DNA of 64,000 nt. It comes from Haliotis rubra. Taxonomy: Eukaryota. The stretch is taken from the NCBI RefSeq assembly GCF_003918875.1, contig NW_025766956.1, positions 434,001-498,000 on the forward strand, read 5' to 3'. Made by a program: the position numbers and the translations under genes. Positions 27,119 through 39,298 of the stretch are shown here, piece after piece; the first letter of the stretch is position 1; every line of letters starts with the position of its first letter. Below the pieces are notes generated by a model. The model worked only from the letters and a program-made list of their open reading frames with translations. It did no database searches and had not been told where the DNA came from.

Positions 27119-27202
27119 CACCGTCGCTCGTGGACTTGAGGCCAACGCCCTCCAGGATGATGACAAGCAGCCGTCCAACCGGGCGGGAGCGAAGTTGAGC
27201 TA
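27119..27202 (-). CDS. ITSN1: C2 strand-1 exon, variant A ((IA/T)QLRSRPVGRLLVIILEGVGLKSTSDG); probably mutually exclusive with variant B
   Basis: aatag|tag| tandem acceptor (84 or 81 nt), GTG|gtaagg donor; phase 1 to 1; paralogous to exon B; absent from the ORF track. Confidence 0.8.
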
Positions 27203-28081
27203 CTATTGTCATAGAGAGTGTTCAGATTGGCAGACAAAGAATCAAGCCATATGATGAAGTTATTGGAGCCTCTTAAAAGTCATTGTTTGTATCACAAACA
27301 TGCTTCATAGCAGTATTAGAGAATATAATGATGAACAGTGTTACCATAGTTACACAATATTTGTTAAGATATTAAACTGCATATATATGTATATGTATAA
27401 TTCAATACTCAGTGAGACCAATCATTTCACATGAAACACATAAAGAAAATATATGCCAAAATATGGTTGAGAGAAAGGCCATATTGAGTGGGTGTTAGTA
27501 TCATACTGAATAAGTACAAAAAGTTTGAACTAAACTTTGAAATATGACATGGGAGTTTATTAACAATATCAACATTCACTTATTTCCCCATCTAAACTTG
27601 TCACACAAAATTCTCAACCTCTGGCTGATTCTCAATCGGTAATATGAACTACTGATGCTAATGGGATGAGGTGAAATGTGAATAAATGTCACTTTCAAGA
27701 TTATTGCACATTTTCGTGGCTGCTTGGACTAGTTGGACAGTTTTATATTGCGAGCCCACTGAGATACCATGGTACAGTTTAAACATGGATACCTCACTCA
27801 GACACAGTATACCGATTCCCCTTATTGTCTTGTGTCAGCGAGGGTAACAAAAGCACCATTTAATCTTTTCATGTGTGACACAGATGGGCATTTAACCATC
27901 CACCTTCCCCCCTCGAACAGGTGCTCTATCCACAAGACCATGGAGGCAGTTAATGCTAATGGCTCATGGTCATTGGCAATTACCCGCAAGACAGTGACAG
28001 TCTGTGCATACTTAAAACATAACTGATGTATCCCTACACTGACTTCTCCATGTACACTGAGTGGACAAGGTGTCGACTTAC

Positions 28082-28164
28082 TTGAGTGCTGACGCTCCTT
28101 CTTCTTTTTTTCTGTATCTAGATACTGTCTTGATGCTCCTTCAATCTCACGGATCCATAGATCC
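28082..28164 (-). CDS. ITSN1: Intersectin exon: PH C-terminal helix (DLWIREIEGASRQYLDTEKKKKERQHS)
   Basis: 83 nt, phase 2 to 1. Confidence 0.93.
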
Positions 28165-28368
28165 CTGAAAGATTCACACATAATCATCAATAAGAGAAAA
28201 GTATTTAATGGGATCAGGCATCAACAGTGTGTAGTCATTACACACATTCATCTGTGTAGGATTTACAGTTGAGAGTTATCTCCCTTAGCTGAACACAAAT
28301 GGATTAGTCATGTACAGAGGTGAGAGGGGCCTCAAGCATGACATAAAAAAACATAGAGAACATCTTAC

Positions 28369-28493
28369 TTTTCTGTTTCAGTGACTGCTTTGAGATTGAG
28401 AACTCTGTCGAAGTCATATCTGATCTGGAACTGACAGGGGTCACTGTCCGTGTCATTGGACTTGATGAGGATTGCCTCGTTCAACACAATAGG
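28369..28493 (-). CDS. ITSN1: Intersectin exon: PH (PIVLNEAILIK...DRVLNLKAVTETE)
   Basis: 125 nt, phase 0 to 2. Confidence 0.92.
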
Positions 28494-29163
28494 CTGGGGG
28501 AGAAAGGAACACAATTTCATGTGAGCAATTTCATCAGTTGATACATCAAACATGAATATGATAATGCTACTGTGAGTGTTCTTTGAATGTGATATTTCAA
28601 GCCTTTAAACCATAACCAGACAATGCCTTTTTGAAAGTGGTCAAATGTATCTGTGCCAATTTACACTTATCAAGTGGGGTGGGTTCACAAAGTATCTGGT
28701 TTAGACTACCAGTTGTCAGACTTTAATGTTTGTGGAAGCTGCAGGGGCTAAGTGGGTTAGATCAGTGACTTTGTGAGATGAGAGCATGGCTCGAATCCTA
28801 GAGTTGACTCTACCCCTAGTAATTACTGTACTTTACTGAGAAGGTGTAATCCTCTATACTACATATAAGCCTTTAACCAGTTACAATTTAAATGGATAGG
28901 TCACTCTGACAGAATCCATTTCTCAAAAAACTGTGGAGGAAAATGTTTTGAGTTGGAAACGTATCGAAAATGTGGGATGACTGATTCAAAACTGATGTTG
29001 GTCCAGTTGATTTACCAGGTATGTATTCCGTACTCATGACATCACCTGACATCGAACTCAGTCATTAGCAGCAGACATCAGTCTGCAGAGTTATGCTATC
29101 TTCTACACAACTAACAACAAAACTTGACGTGTGTACAACTGTGACCTATGGTGTATTACGTAC

Positions 29164-29307
29164 CGTTTTGTACATTTTAAAGTTGAGTGTAGACTTGGGA
29201 TCACAGATGTAGCGGAGTGAGGAGTTGCTGCCCAGCGGCCGGGACGGCAGTGTGAGCAGCAGGAAGTCGTTGAAGAGGAAACACAACAGTTCCTTGTTAC
29301 TTTTAGT
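29164..29307 (-). CDS. ITSN1: Intersectin exon: PH ([19 protein letters not shown]...FKMYKT)
   Basis: 144 nt, phase 0 to 0. Confidence 0.95.
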
Positions 29308-29637
29308 CTGAGGAGGAAGAAAAGAGCTTATTAATATTCTATTTGTCTTAACCACTAGGCTACACCGCCCCTTTAAAAACAAGGTAAATGTGTTTAATTA
29401 TATTGAGTATTTCCCTGAAGATGAACATTAGATTAGCAAGAGCGTTCTCAGTCCCACAATGAAACAGGGTAAGGGATGTCTTTACAATAGATTGCATGGT
29501 GTTTTCAACTTCACAAAGCTCTTCTCTAAACCCACAGTCTGAATGTAGGACAGTTGAAGGAAAACAGGCCAAAAGCAGACTTTGCCATATGAAAGAATTC
29601 TAATCAATATTTGTAATTTGATTTTCCAAGAACTTAC

Positions 29638-29709
29638 TTTGTAAAGGACACCAGAGTGTAGAAGTCTTCTTCTTCCTAGGCAGTTAGTAACTCCATTAAA
29701 TATTATTCT
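29638..29709 (-). CDS. ITSN1: Intersectin exon: PH start (RIIFNGVTNCLGRRRLLHSGVLYK)
   Basis: 72 nt, phase 0 to 0; FN..TNCLG.R..LHSG.LYK. Confidence 0.95.
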
Positions 29710-30281
29710 CTGAAAGAAAACAGAAGATCTTTGACACAGAATCCCTGATAGGGGATAATTCAAAATCCTGACACATAATTCACGTTCTGACCTTTTCTCC
29801 CACACCGGCTCCACACATTGGACAAGTACACACCATTAGAACCCATCACTGGAGTAGGGGGAGCTGTCATTCCCTTATTTACTACTCAAATTTTGATAGG
29901 TGTAGAGATACCAACAATGAGTTTGAACAGGGATTTTGGTAGGCCAATGTATTTGATGGTCCTTGGGACTTTTGAATGAAGATGATAAATGTGGGGGTTC
30001 TAAGTATTAATATGGTGGGTCCAAGGTGACCACTGGACCAACAACAAATATACTACAAACTGTGTGATGCCTTATGTTTAATAAATTCCAGTATGCCCAT
30101 GTTTAATAAATTCCAGTACCCCCATCAAATGTTGCACAGTAGATATTCATGTTCATTTTAAAGAAACCTAACACAGATAAAAATGATATGATGGATAGTG
30201 TTAGCAATGTGATTAACCAACACTGTAAACCTGGAATCACAATTTGATGTCTATATAAATATGTGGAACAAGTATAAAAGA

Positions 30282-30452
30282 GTGAGTGAGTGAGTGAGTA
30301 TGGTTTTACGCCGCTTTTTAGCAATATTCCAGCAATATCACGGCGGGGGACACCAGAAATGGGCTTCACACATTGTACCCATGTGGGGAATCGAACCCGG
30401 GTCTTCGGCGTGACGAGCTAACGCTTTAACCACTAGGCCACCCCACCGCCCC
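30282..30452 (-). mobile_element. SINE family 1, near consensus, TSD acaagtataaaaga
   Basis: Reverse-complement copy with a perfect 14-bp TSD; intronic. Confidence 0.92.
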
Positions 30453-30643
30453 ACAAGTATAAAAGATCCACTGGGGACTTGTTTTAGGCATGCCATCATA
30501 TCCAACAGGGAGGATCCATGCTCATGATGTTTATCACTGAAGTGTCTAGTCCAGGAGTGATATTTGACAAAATACTATCATATAGTTTGAATATTGCTAA
30601 GTGCAGTGTTAAACAACAAACAAACAAAAATGTCCCCACTCAC

Positions 30644-30811
30644 CTCAGACAGACCATCACACTGGACATGATTCTGTAACCATTCCAACCTCTCAGAGTT
30701 TTCCTTCTCCCGAACCCCTTCATTGACCTGACTGCACAACTCCTCTGCCTTGGCGAGAGCATCCACTAGATTCTGGTGGTCAGGGTGCTCAGGAGGGGTG
30801 TATTTTAAGAT
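30644..30811 (-). CDS. ITSN1: Intersectin exon: DH end ([12 protein letters not shown]...[30 protein letters not shown])
   Basis: 168 nt, phase 0 to 0. Confidence 0.96.
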
Positions 30812-31391
30812 CTGTATGAATACAAACATATATTTCATAACTTACATGGTTATGACCTAAGGTAAAACTATGATGGACTACTTTGTTCTGCTTCAGTCAA
30901 ATTCACCAACATCTGTGTCAAAACTGTACAAACAATAAATGCTGTTTTGTCTTATTTAGTTTTCATTACCATTGTTGCCTTGATAACCCACAGACATGGC
31001 GGAGGCTTTATGGCAGAGGGTTACACTTGGTATGGGTAGGAAGCACAGGGCTTCATTACATCACATAACCATTGCATTATGTATTAATTTACCAACAAGA
31101 ATAGACAAAATATTCATAGATTCAATGCTGTAATGGTGTCATTTAGGGTGAGTAAGAAACAGAATACTGCACTCCTGCCCATCAGATACCATATATCTTA
31201 CAACTCGATTTAAAACTTGTCACTTTTGCTTGTTACCTTTTAAAACAACTTGTAACTTTAATTTTGCTTTCAGATACATTATGAAACAAGTTGTATGGTA
31301 TTATTCACCAGACACTCTATTTGGCCTGATCAGTCAACACCTTAACCACCAGGTAACCCAAACTATTAAAATCTATGGTAGGTGCACTTAC

Positions 31392-31490
31392 CTCCTTGAT
31401 CATGAGGGGGTATTTGGTTATTCTCTGCATAGGCTTTAACAGGAAGCTACTGAGAGGCATGTTCTTTGTCCTGGGATCATGTAGACACCT
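31392..31490 (-). CDS. ITSN1: Intersectin exon: DH CR3 ([33 protein letters not shown])
   Basis: 99 nt, phase 0 to 0. Confidence 0.96.
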
Positions 31491-31951
31491 CTGAAGACAA
31501 AAGTGAAGGAAAGTCAGATATTGAGTACTACAGCTAACCTTCCCAACAGGAATCAATGAGACAAATCATAGTAGCACCACAATAATCATAGGCACATATT
31601 CAAGCATGGCAATTAGGTTCATTTGTAGGATAGGACCCAGATTTGTGTTTGACACAAGACTTAAGATGAGAAACACTGTAATGATGCAGATTTTGCATGG
31701 CAACTTTAAACCATTTGGTGAAACTCAGGAGCATAGGCTTTGTGCTGACAAACATTGAAACAAATTCAAGGCATACTAGTACACAGACCCTCAACCCCTG
31801 AGTTTCTGCCATACCAGTGAAAGCAATTCTGCTTTCCAATACTCTTAGAAGTGTTTTATGTAAATATTACTCTGCTCAGCATTGCCCCCAGTACCATAAT
31901 GTATTGTATGCATCACATGTCAAGATATGGAGATGTGTCTCCTGATGTCAC

Positions 31952-32059
31952 CTTGTGAGTCTCCACAAATTCAGGGCTCTGTTCCGTCTTCCTCTGTATG
32001 AGAGCGGCTGCAGACAGCTGGCAGCTGCAGAATCGGACGTAGACGGTCATGTGGGGAAG
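31952..32059 (-). CDS. ITSN1: Intersectin exon: DH (LPHMTVYVRFCSCQLSAAALIQRKTEQSPEFVETHK)
   Basis: 108 nt, phase 0 to 0. Confidence 0.95.
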
Positions 32060-32486
32060 CTGAAACACACACAGCATCACAGCTCATGCCATGTTGATTT
32101 ACCCAGTGCCTTACATGTAATGGCAAAATGAGGTACCAGGGTAATGGTCAATTGAAATTAACAATGTGTTGTGAAACATGACTTGAACAATTTGGGAAGG
32201 AAAGTCTTAGATGATTGTTATGAAATTTTCAAATTTATCATGACCTCAAGTGAATTTCACTTTGCTTTCCTCAGAATTAAAAGTGAAATTAGTTCGTTGT
32301 TTTTTTTCTCTGAGCTTATAGTGAATTTACCAGGATTTATTTCTCACTGATGATTGTGAACTTACTGTATTTTCCTCCAACCTTACAGTGGATTTAACAT
32401 AATTGTTGTTATTGCCTGTAGTAAAACATTTTTATAATGTACCATTGATTTACACAGTTGTATGGATTAGCACCTTTAAAACTTAC

Positions 32487-32562
32487 ATTTTCACACAGGA
32501 TATCCCCTATCATTGAGATGGGTTTGCCTTTCCCTGACATCTTCTTCCGAACCTTCAAACCA
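32487..32562 (-). CDS. ITSN1: Intersectin exon: DH (GLKVRKKMSGKGKPISMIGDILCEN)
   Basis: 76 nt, phase 2 to 0; VRKKMSG...MIGDIL diagnostic. Confidence 0.95.
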
Positions 32563-33290
32563 CTGCAACAACATATTGCACATCATCAAACGATGAAGCA
32601 AATCAGATCAATTAATTCATGAAGTCTATTTGTCTATATTCCTAAGGCATTCTCTTCAATATTTCTCACCAGTCAATCTCTCAGGCTTTGCTGCAGTTTG
32701 AAACACAACTATTAAGTGACGTCCTCAGTCCTACAGAAAAAGGTGATACAAACATGGCTTTGTAGTTCACCCGATTTATTAAGTTACTGTTTTGTTTTAC
32801 TTCAGTCTGATTTTTGTAAAATATCTAAGGTTTGCTTTTCAGTATCCTGAAATCATAAAAAGGTATGAGGTTACCACTAGACTGATCTGTATAGGAGGTT
32901 TCACCAAAAATTATACAAAGGTTTTCAAATATGATCAGGAAATCTCGAGATGGTATGTGGATCAAACATTAAAATAAGGGAATTCAGAATCTATGAAGAT
33001 ATTGTTAAGAAAAGACATGACTGCATTTTACAAAAATAAAAATAATTTTTGGGGGGCAAACTTCACTCATAAAGTAAGAATACAAGCGATGGAAGTAGAT
33101 TGAGCAGAGTCTGAAACCACCTTGCCACCTTTCATCATACATACATTGCTATCACACCCTACATCATGTTTGTAGCTGGGGACTTACTTCAGTAGCTTCA
33201 TATTACATAAAGTAAGAATACAAGAGATGGAAGTAGGTGGTACAGAGGCTGCTATCACACCCTACATCATGTTTGTAGCTGGGGACTTAC

Positions 33291-33397
33291 TTCAGTAGCT
33301 TCATATTACAGACTATCAGTTCACTCCAGTTGACGAAGACGTTGTGTAGCTCCTCCTCTGTCAGAACCTTGGCGTTCCGCAGTGGCTGGATGAAAGC
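33291..33397 (-). CDS. ITSN1: Intersectin exon: DH (AFIQPLRNAKVLTEEELHNVFVNWSELIVCNMKLL)
   Basis: 107 nt, phase 0 to 2; FVNW.ELI.CN.KLL. Confidence 0.95.
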
Positions 33398-33680
33398 CTG
33401 CAGCAAATAAATAAATTGAAAGTGATTCCATACCATTTAATTGGCTGGCTGAGTTTAAAATATAGACAGCCCTTGAGTTATGTTCCCAAAACAAAATGTA
33501 TTGAAAAGTCTTTCAGTTAAGCTCTGACAACATGACATTGAATTGATCGTATTGTTAGAGTCTGGATCCAAACATGACAGACAGAATGGAAAGAAAGAAG
33601 GTGGTGGAGAACAATACTGTCCGACATAGCTTGCACACAAAAGACTTTCCAGACTGGAGTGTCTGTGATTTCATACTAAC

Positions 33681-33766
33681 CTCGGACACGATGGACATGT
33701 CCGCCATGTACGACTCCTCTGTGCTGATCAGCTCATTGATGTAGTTCTGTCGGTGCTTGTCCTCAG
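33681..33766 (-). CDS. ITSN1: Intersectin exon: DH start (EDKHRQNYINELISTEESYMADMSIVSE)
   Basis: ttttgtttcag| acceptor, GAG|gttag donor; 86 nt, phase 1 to 0; DH CR1 motif. Confidence 0.95.
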
Positions 33767-33794
33767 CTGAAACAAAACAATCAGAATCAGGAGC

Positions 33795-34672
33795 AGATAG
33801 ATATAGCTGTAACAGAGCAGTCAATGATAGAAGCTGTCAGATATAGCTCTAACAGTCAATGATTGTAGCTGTCAGATATAGCCATAACAGAACAGTCAAC
33901 TTTAGTAGCTGTCACGTATAGCCACAACAGAACAGTCAATGATAGTAGCTGTCAGATATAGCTGTAACAGAGCAGTCAATGATAGCAGCTGTCAGATATA
34001 GCTATACCAGAACAGTCAATGATAGTAGCTGTCAGATATAGCTATACCAGAACAGTCAATAATAGTAGCTGTCATACATAGCTATACCAGAACAGTCAAT
34101 AATAGTAGCTGTCATACATAGCTAAACCAGAACAGTCAATAATAGTAGCTGTCATACATAGCTATACCAGAACAGTCAATGATAGTAGCTGTCAGATATA
34201 GCTATACCAGAACGGTCAATGATAGTAGCTGTCAGATATAGCTATACCAGAACAGTCAATAATAGTAGCTGTCAAACATACCTATACCAGAAGTCAATGG
34301 TAGTAGCTATCAGATATAGCTATACCAGAACAGTCAATAAAAGTAGCTGTCATACATAGCTATACCAGAACAGTCAATGATAGTAGCTGTCAGAGATAGC
34401 TATAACAGAACAGTCGATGATAGTAGCTGTCAGATATAGCTATACCAGAACAGTCAATAATAGTAGCTGTCAGATATAGCTACCGGTATACCAGAACAGT
34501 CAATGATAGTAGCTGTCAGATATAGCTACCGGTATACCAGAACAGTCAATGATAGTAGCTGTCAGATATAGCTACCGGTATACCAGAACAGTCAATGATA
34601 GTAGCTGTCAGATAAAGCTACCGGTATACCAGAACAGTCAATAATAGTAGCTGTCATAGATAAAACAGTCAA
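33795..34672. repeat. 40-bp minisatellite (gaacagtcaatgatagtagctgtcagatatagctatacca)
   Basis: About 21 units; the last four carry a 6-bp insertion. Confidence 0.95.
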
Positions 34673-36214
34673 TACATTCAATCTCAGCTGTTAGTTGAAA
34701 CAGAAAGTTCACAGCCAGGAGCTGTTATCACAAGGACTATGTGTGGTATTATGCATCCTATATAGGTTATACATGAGTTTGAGGCCAGTGGTATGAAAGA
34801 TAAACAGGGATGCATAATCCACATATACCCCTGGAGATACTTCCACTAAGAATTTATGTAGACAACATATTTAATAAGAAACTGAAAACACCTGTTCTCT
34901 TGAGCTGAGGTTAACTTATCCTCTGCTTTGTTACTTTCATTGACTTGTAAGCAACATGAAGCGTTTTACTACATTGCAGGGTAAAATCTGAAATCTGTAT
35001 GCATCCCGTTTCCTCTATGGCAGGGTGTTAAAGACTTCTTCTCAAAAACTTATTTTCTTCTCAGGCGGGCTACATAGTATTTTATCAGGTGAACCAATCA
35101 ACATTCTGACATGAGAGGTAAGATAACTCACTGTAACATAACCTTCAATTTCAGCCATTATATGTAAAGGCACAGCAAGCAGCTGACAGATATGGCTGTC
35201 ATTGATCAGTGTGTCAGAAGCTGTTGGATACAGCCATAACATTCAGCTATTAGATATAACACAACATTCACTGCAAAGAGATGTTGGACAACAAAATATT
35301 CAATGTCTAGACCTGAATCTCAGAGGACTGTTTTGTTCTTAAATACACAATGGCATTTTGAAAGTGGTCAAATGTAACAAATGTTATATTTGGTTTTACA
35401 CTTTCTCAGTAAAGTACAGATTCTAGTATGTTTTGGGTTGAGTCCCATATGGGATTCAAACCCACACTCTCAGAGTAGGGCACCTAATTGCCAGTACAGT
35501 GTGGGTTCAAATCCTGGAAGAAACTGAACCCCCAATGTACTAGAATCTGTACTTTACTGAGAAAGCTGCCCTCAAACATAACATATGTCATATTTTGTTC
35601 TTATATGGCTCCATGTAATACTCATTTACACACCAGTAATATTTTGTGCCCATTAACAGAGTTGTTTTCCCTGATTGAAATCATGTTACAGTGACCGAAT
35701 TCCGTAGATACATCAACTGTTCCTTAAACTGTTCTTGAGCGTGACGTTAAACCCCATTTCACCTCATTACCACACCAATATGCTGGGTGACATCGCTCGG
35801 CCCATGCTCTATTGAAGGGGAGCGTAACAGAGCGTAACAGTTGTTTGTAGGTTTATACTGACACTCTCCATCCTCCACACTGATCTTTACTGGGTCAAAG
35901 TTATATTGCAGGAAAGTATAATTGAGTGAAACAAACCAATTGTTTGCAAGCTGTCAGTCCCTACCAACGGCTAATGAGCTGAGACCACAGAATTATCTTC
36001 ACTTGGAAAATACTATATTGAAGCGAGTATTTTCAGGAGAAACCATCAATTGCTTGTTGGGTATGCTAGACTCTCCACCCAATGAGTTAGGCTCACAGAA
36101 TGATTTTATGTTATTCCCATACCAAAACATCTGACTTAAATAGTCCTAATGCGTTTCTCCATCTGCAAAGCATTTGTATGACGGCGGTCTGTAAACATGA
36201 CTGTTGAGGTTGCA

Positions 36215-36920
36215 TCAGCCTACCATCTATATCTGTACTAGTATTTGTTGATGTTTATACTTTGGCAAATGTACAGGGCACATCCTGTATTCTGAAGCAC
36301 TCAAAAAATCTTTCAAGCATTTCCTGTCTAATAATTGGGTAAAATATCTTCTGATATTTATTAATTTAACGATATGTGTAAATCATGTCATGAATACTTG
36401 TAGCTTCAGCCTGCCATCTGTGTCTATACTAGTATTCATCGATGTTTATACTTAGGAAAATGTACAGAGGACATCCTGTACACTGAATCAAAATATCTTT
36501 CAAGCATTTCATGTCATATAATTGGGTATAATATCTTCTGATATTTATTGAGTTAATGATACGTGGAAATCATGTCATGAATAGCTTCAGCCTGTCATCT
36601 GTATCTATACTAGCATTCATTTATGTTTATACTCTAGAAAATGTACGAGGCATATCCTGTATTCTGAACCACTCAAAAAATCTTTCATGTCATATAATTA
36701 GGTATAATATCTTCTGGTATTTATTAAGTTAACAATATGCGTAAATATTGTCTTGAATAGCTTCTTCCTGTCTTCTGTACTGGTACTAATGTTTTCATTA
36801 AGTGAGTGAGTGAGTTCAGTTTTACGCGGCACTCAGCAATATTCCAGCTATATGGTGGAGTGTTTTCATTGATGCTTATATTTGGAAAATTTGGAAAATG
36901 TATGCAAAACATCCTATGCA
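36215..36920. repeat. About 180-190-bp degenerate tandem repeat (3-4 copies)
   Basis: Recurring cagcct..catct.t.tctatactag...aaatgtacag...catcctgta...aatatcttctg.tatttatt. Confidence 0.75.
36800..36860 (-). mobile_element. 5'-truncated SINE tail (related subfamily), TSD tgttttcatt
   Basis: (gagt)n + ttttacgcggcactcagcaatattccagc. Confidence 0.65.
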
Positions 36921-37825
36921 CTGTATTACATGAAGTGGAAATAAATATATAAATTTAAAAAAATTATTGTTGAGGGTTCCTTGTCGTACACCTCATGTTA
37001 AAAGTTGGAGAATTAGGTGGTCACCAGATTCCAGCAGTGCAAGTACAAGACCTAGAGAACCCTATGACTTCAGTGGAGTGTTGATTGTTGTAACTCTACA
37101 AATGCTTTGTGGATCAATGGGGTTACTGCTGGTATACTGCTCGTAAGTGCTGCTGATGGTTCAAGCCTAATCACCTTCATCGTATGACATTTCCTACTTT
37201 ACTATTCTGATTACCATTTGTAAGTATCGTTTAACTAGCAAGCCTAGTGCTTGCTAAACACTTGAATAGCTGACGAAGCACTTTATACATATAAGTCTTG
37301 AATGTGAAATAGTGCTGAGTATCAGTTTGCATATCATCATTTATTATCTATGGTTTGAGATTTCTTTAACAAATCAATTGGTGTTTCTATTCAGCACTAA
37401 TGTTTTGTTTACCTTGCTGAAATTTTGTGATAGAGAAATTATTGTGATCTGAATTTAAAAATCTTGTTCATCAATAAATCAAGGATTAGTATATTGATGT
37501 GAAAAGTGAATACTTATACAATCATTCTTGCAATGAATCAGTAATGGTCATTGCAGTGGCATCACGAGTTTCCGTCCTTTTCATCAAAATATGTTACCAA
37601 ATTAAATCTGCCACGAAGTGGGAGGGGGATATAGGTTTCAGCTTCGTCCATCCGAGATGATGGGGTCAGATTTTCTCCAAAACCGTTATAGATAGGGTAA
37701 CCAAATGAGCTATATGTTTTCAGTGTTGTGGTGGAGTTAAAAAAATAGGAACCATATAGGAACAGAACACTGTGATGGGGGATATTGATGACCATGTCTT
37801 CTTGTTTGATTTAAATTACACATGT

Positions 37826-37826
<1 letters not shown>

Positions 37827-37879
<53 letters not shown>
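37827..37879. repeat. (CTA)n microsatellite
   Basis: Read directly. Confidence 0.97.
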
Positions 37880-38829
37880 GGTGTAAGTAATCATAGGTGA
37901 TGGAGGAACACGATGTCTATCTATAAAACTGTCATGTACTGATGATGTGTCTAACCAGAATCGCAGTGTTTCTTGTTTTGCAAGATATTTCTGTGCCGTT
38001 GTATTTCCATCTTATTGTACATGGTCCACAGATGCCCTTGTCACCCTGGTTTTTTTTTTTTCAAAAGCATACATTTAGATGCATATGTATGTTGTCAAAT
38101 TAATGTGATTATCATGCATATCATGCACCATAATATATTCACACCCTTGGCATCCATGTCCACGGGGTTACAGTAATAACACAGACACTCCAGCTTTGCA
38201 TAATGATTGTTTATTCTGATAATCCCTATGAACATGTCATCATCTGTCAGCGGTACTGAGTATTATCATGCAGTATGTGGGGCAGGCTGGCTACAGTGTG
38301 GTACACACATCCACATACACATATGATGGGAAGAGGATGGGAGCAGAGGACAGAGGGCATGGAAGGAGGGACATAGGAGAAGGAAAACATCTCGCAACAG
38401 AGGATATGGGCCAAAACGTAGGAAATGGGACATATTGTGATATAGAGAGAGCCTGGGACATATGGCAGAGGACATGGGAGACAAAATTTCAAAGTCAAAG
38501 GATGATTGAATAGATGACATGGGACAAAAGATGAGGGATAACAAAAAAAAGGGCATGGGACAGTAGACGTAAGATAAGTGACACAGGGATAACACATAGG
38601 ACGGGACAAAAATCATTGGATGTAGGACATGTCCCACAGCATGGGACAGAGAACAGGGACACTAGACACTAGACATAGACAAGGACACTAGATATTAACA
38701 TGGGACAAGGCGGGACATACAGGTACATTAAACATGGGACACGGTCACTACAAACAGGACATGTGACAGTGGGTTTCTACACACGATATGTGGACATTAG
38801 AGCTCTTCATAGACTGGATTATTGAGACT

Positions 38830-39298
38830 GGATATTGTAGACAGAAAACAGGTGAGGCTGGACACTGTAGACAGAGGACAGGTGAAACAGGACATTGTAG
38901 ATAGAGGACAGGTGAGGCTGGACACTAGACAGAGGACAGGTGAAACTGGACATTGTAGATAGAGGACAGGTGAGACTGGACACTGTAGACAGAGGACAGG
39001 TGAAACAGGACATTGTAGATAGAGGACAGGTGAGGCTGGAGATTGCAAACAGAGGACAGGTGAGGCTGGACACTGTAGACAGAGGACAGGTGAGGCTGGA
39101 GATTGCAAACAGAGGACAGGTGAGGCTGGACACTATATATAGAGGACATGTGAAACAGGACATTGTAGATAGAGGACAGGTGAGGCTGGACACTGTATAC
39201 AGAGGACAGGTGAGACAGGACATTGTAGATAGAGGACAGGTGAGACAGGACACTATAGACAGAGGACAGGTGAAACAGGACACTGTAGACAGAGGACT
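38830..39298. repeat. 30-bp minisatellite (gacagaggacaggtgaggctggacactgta)
   Basis: Read directly. Confidence 0.93.
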
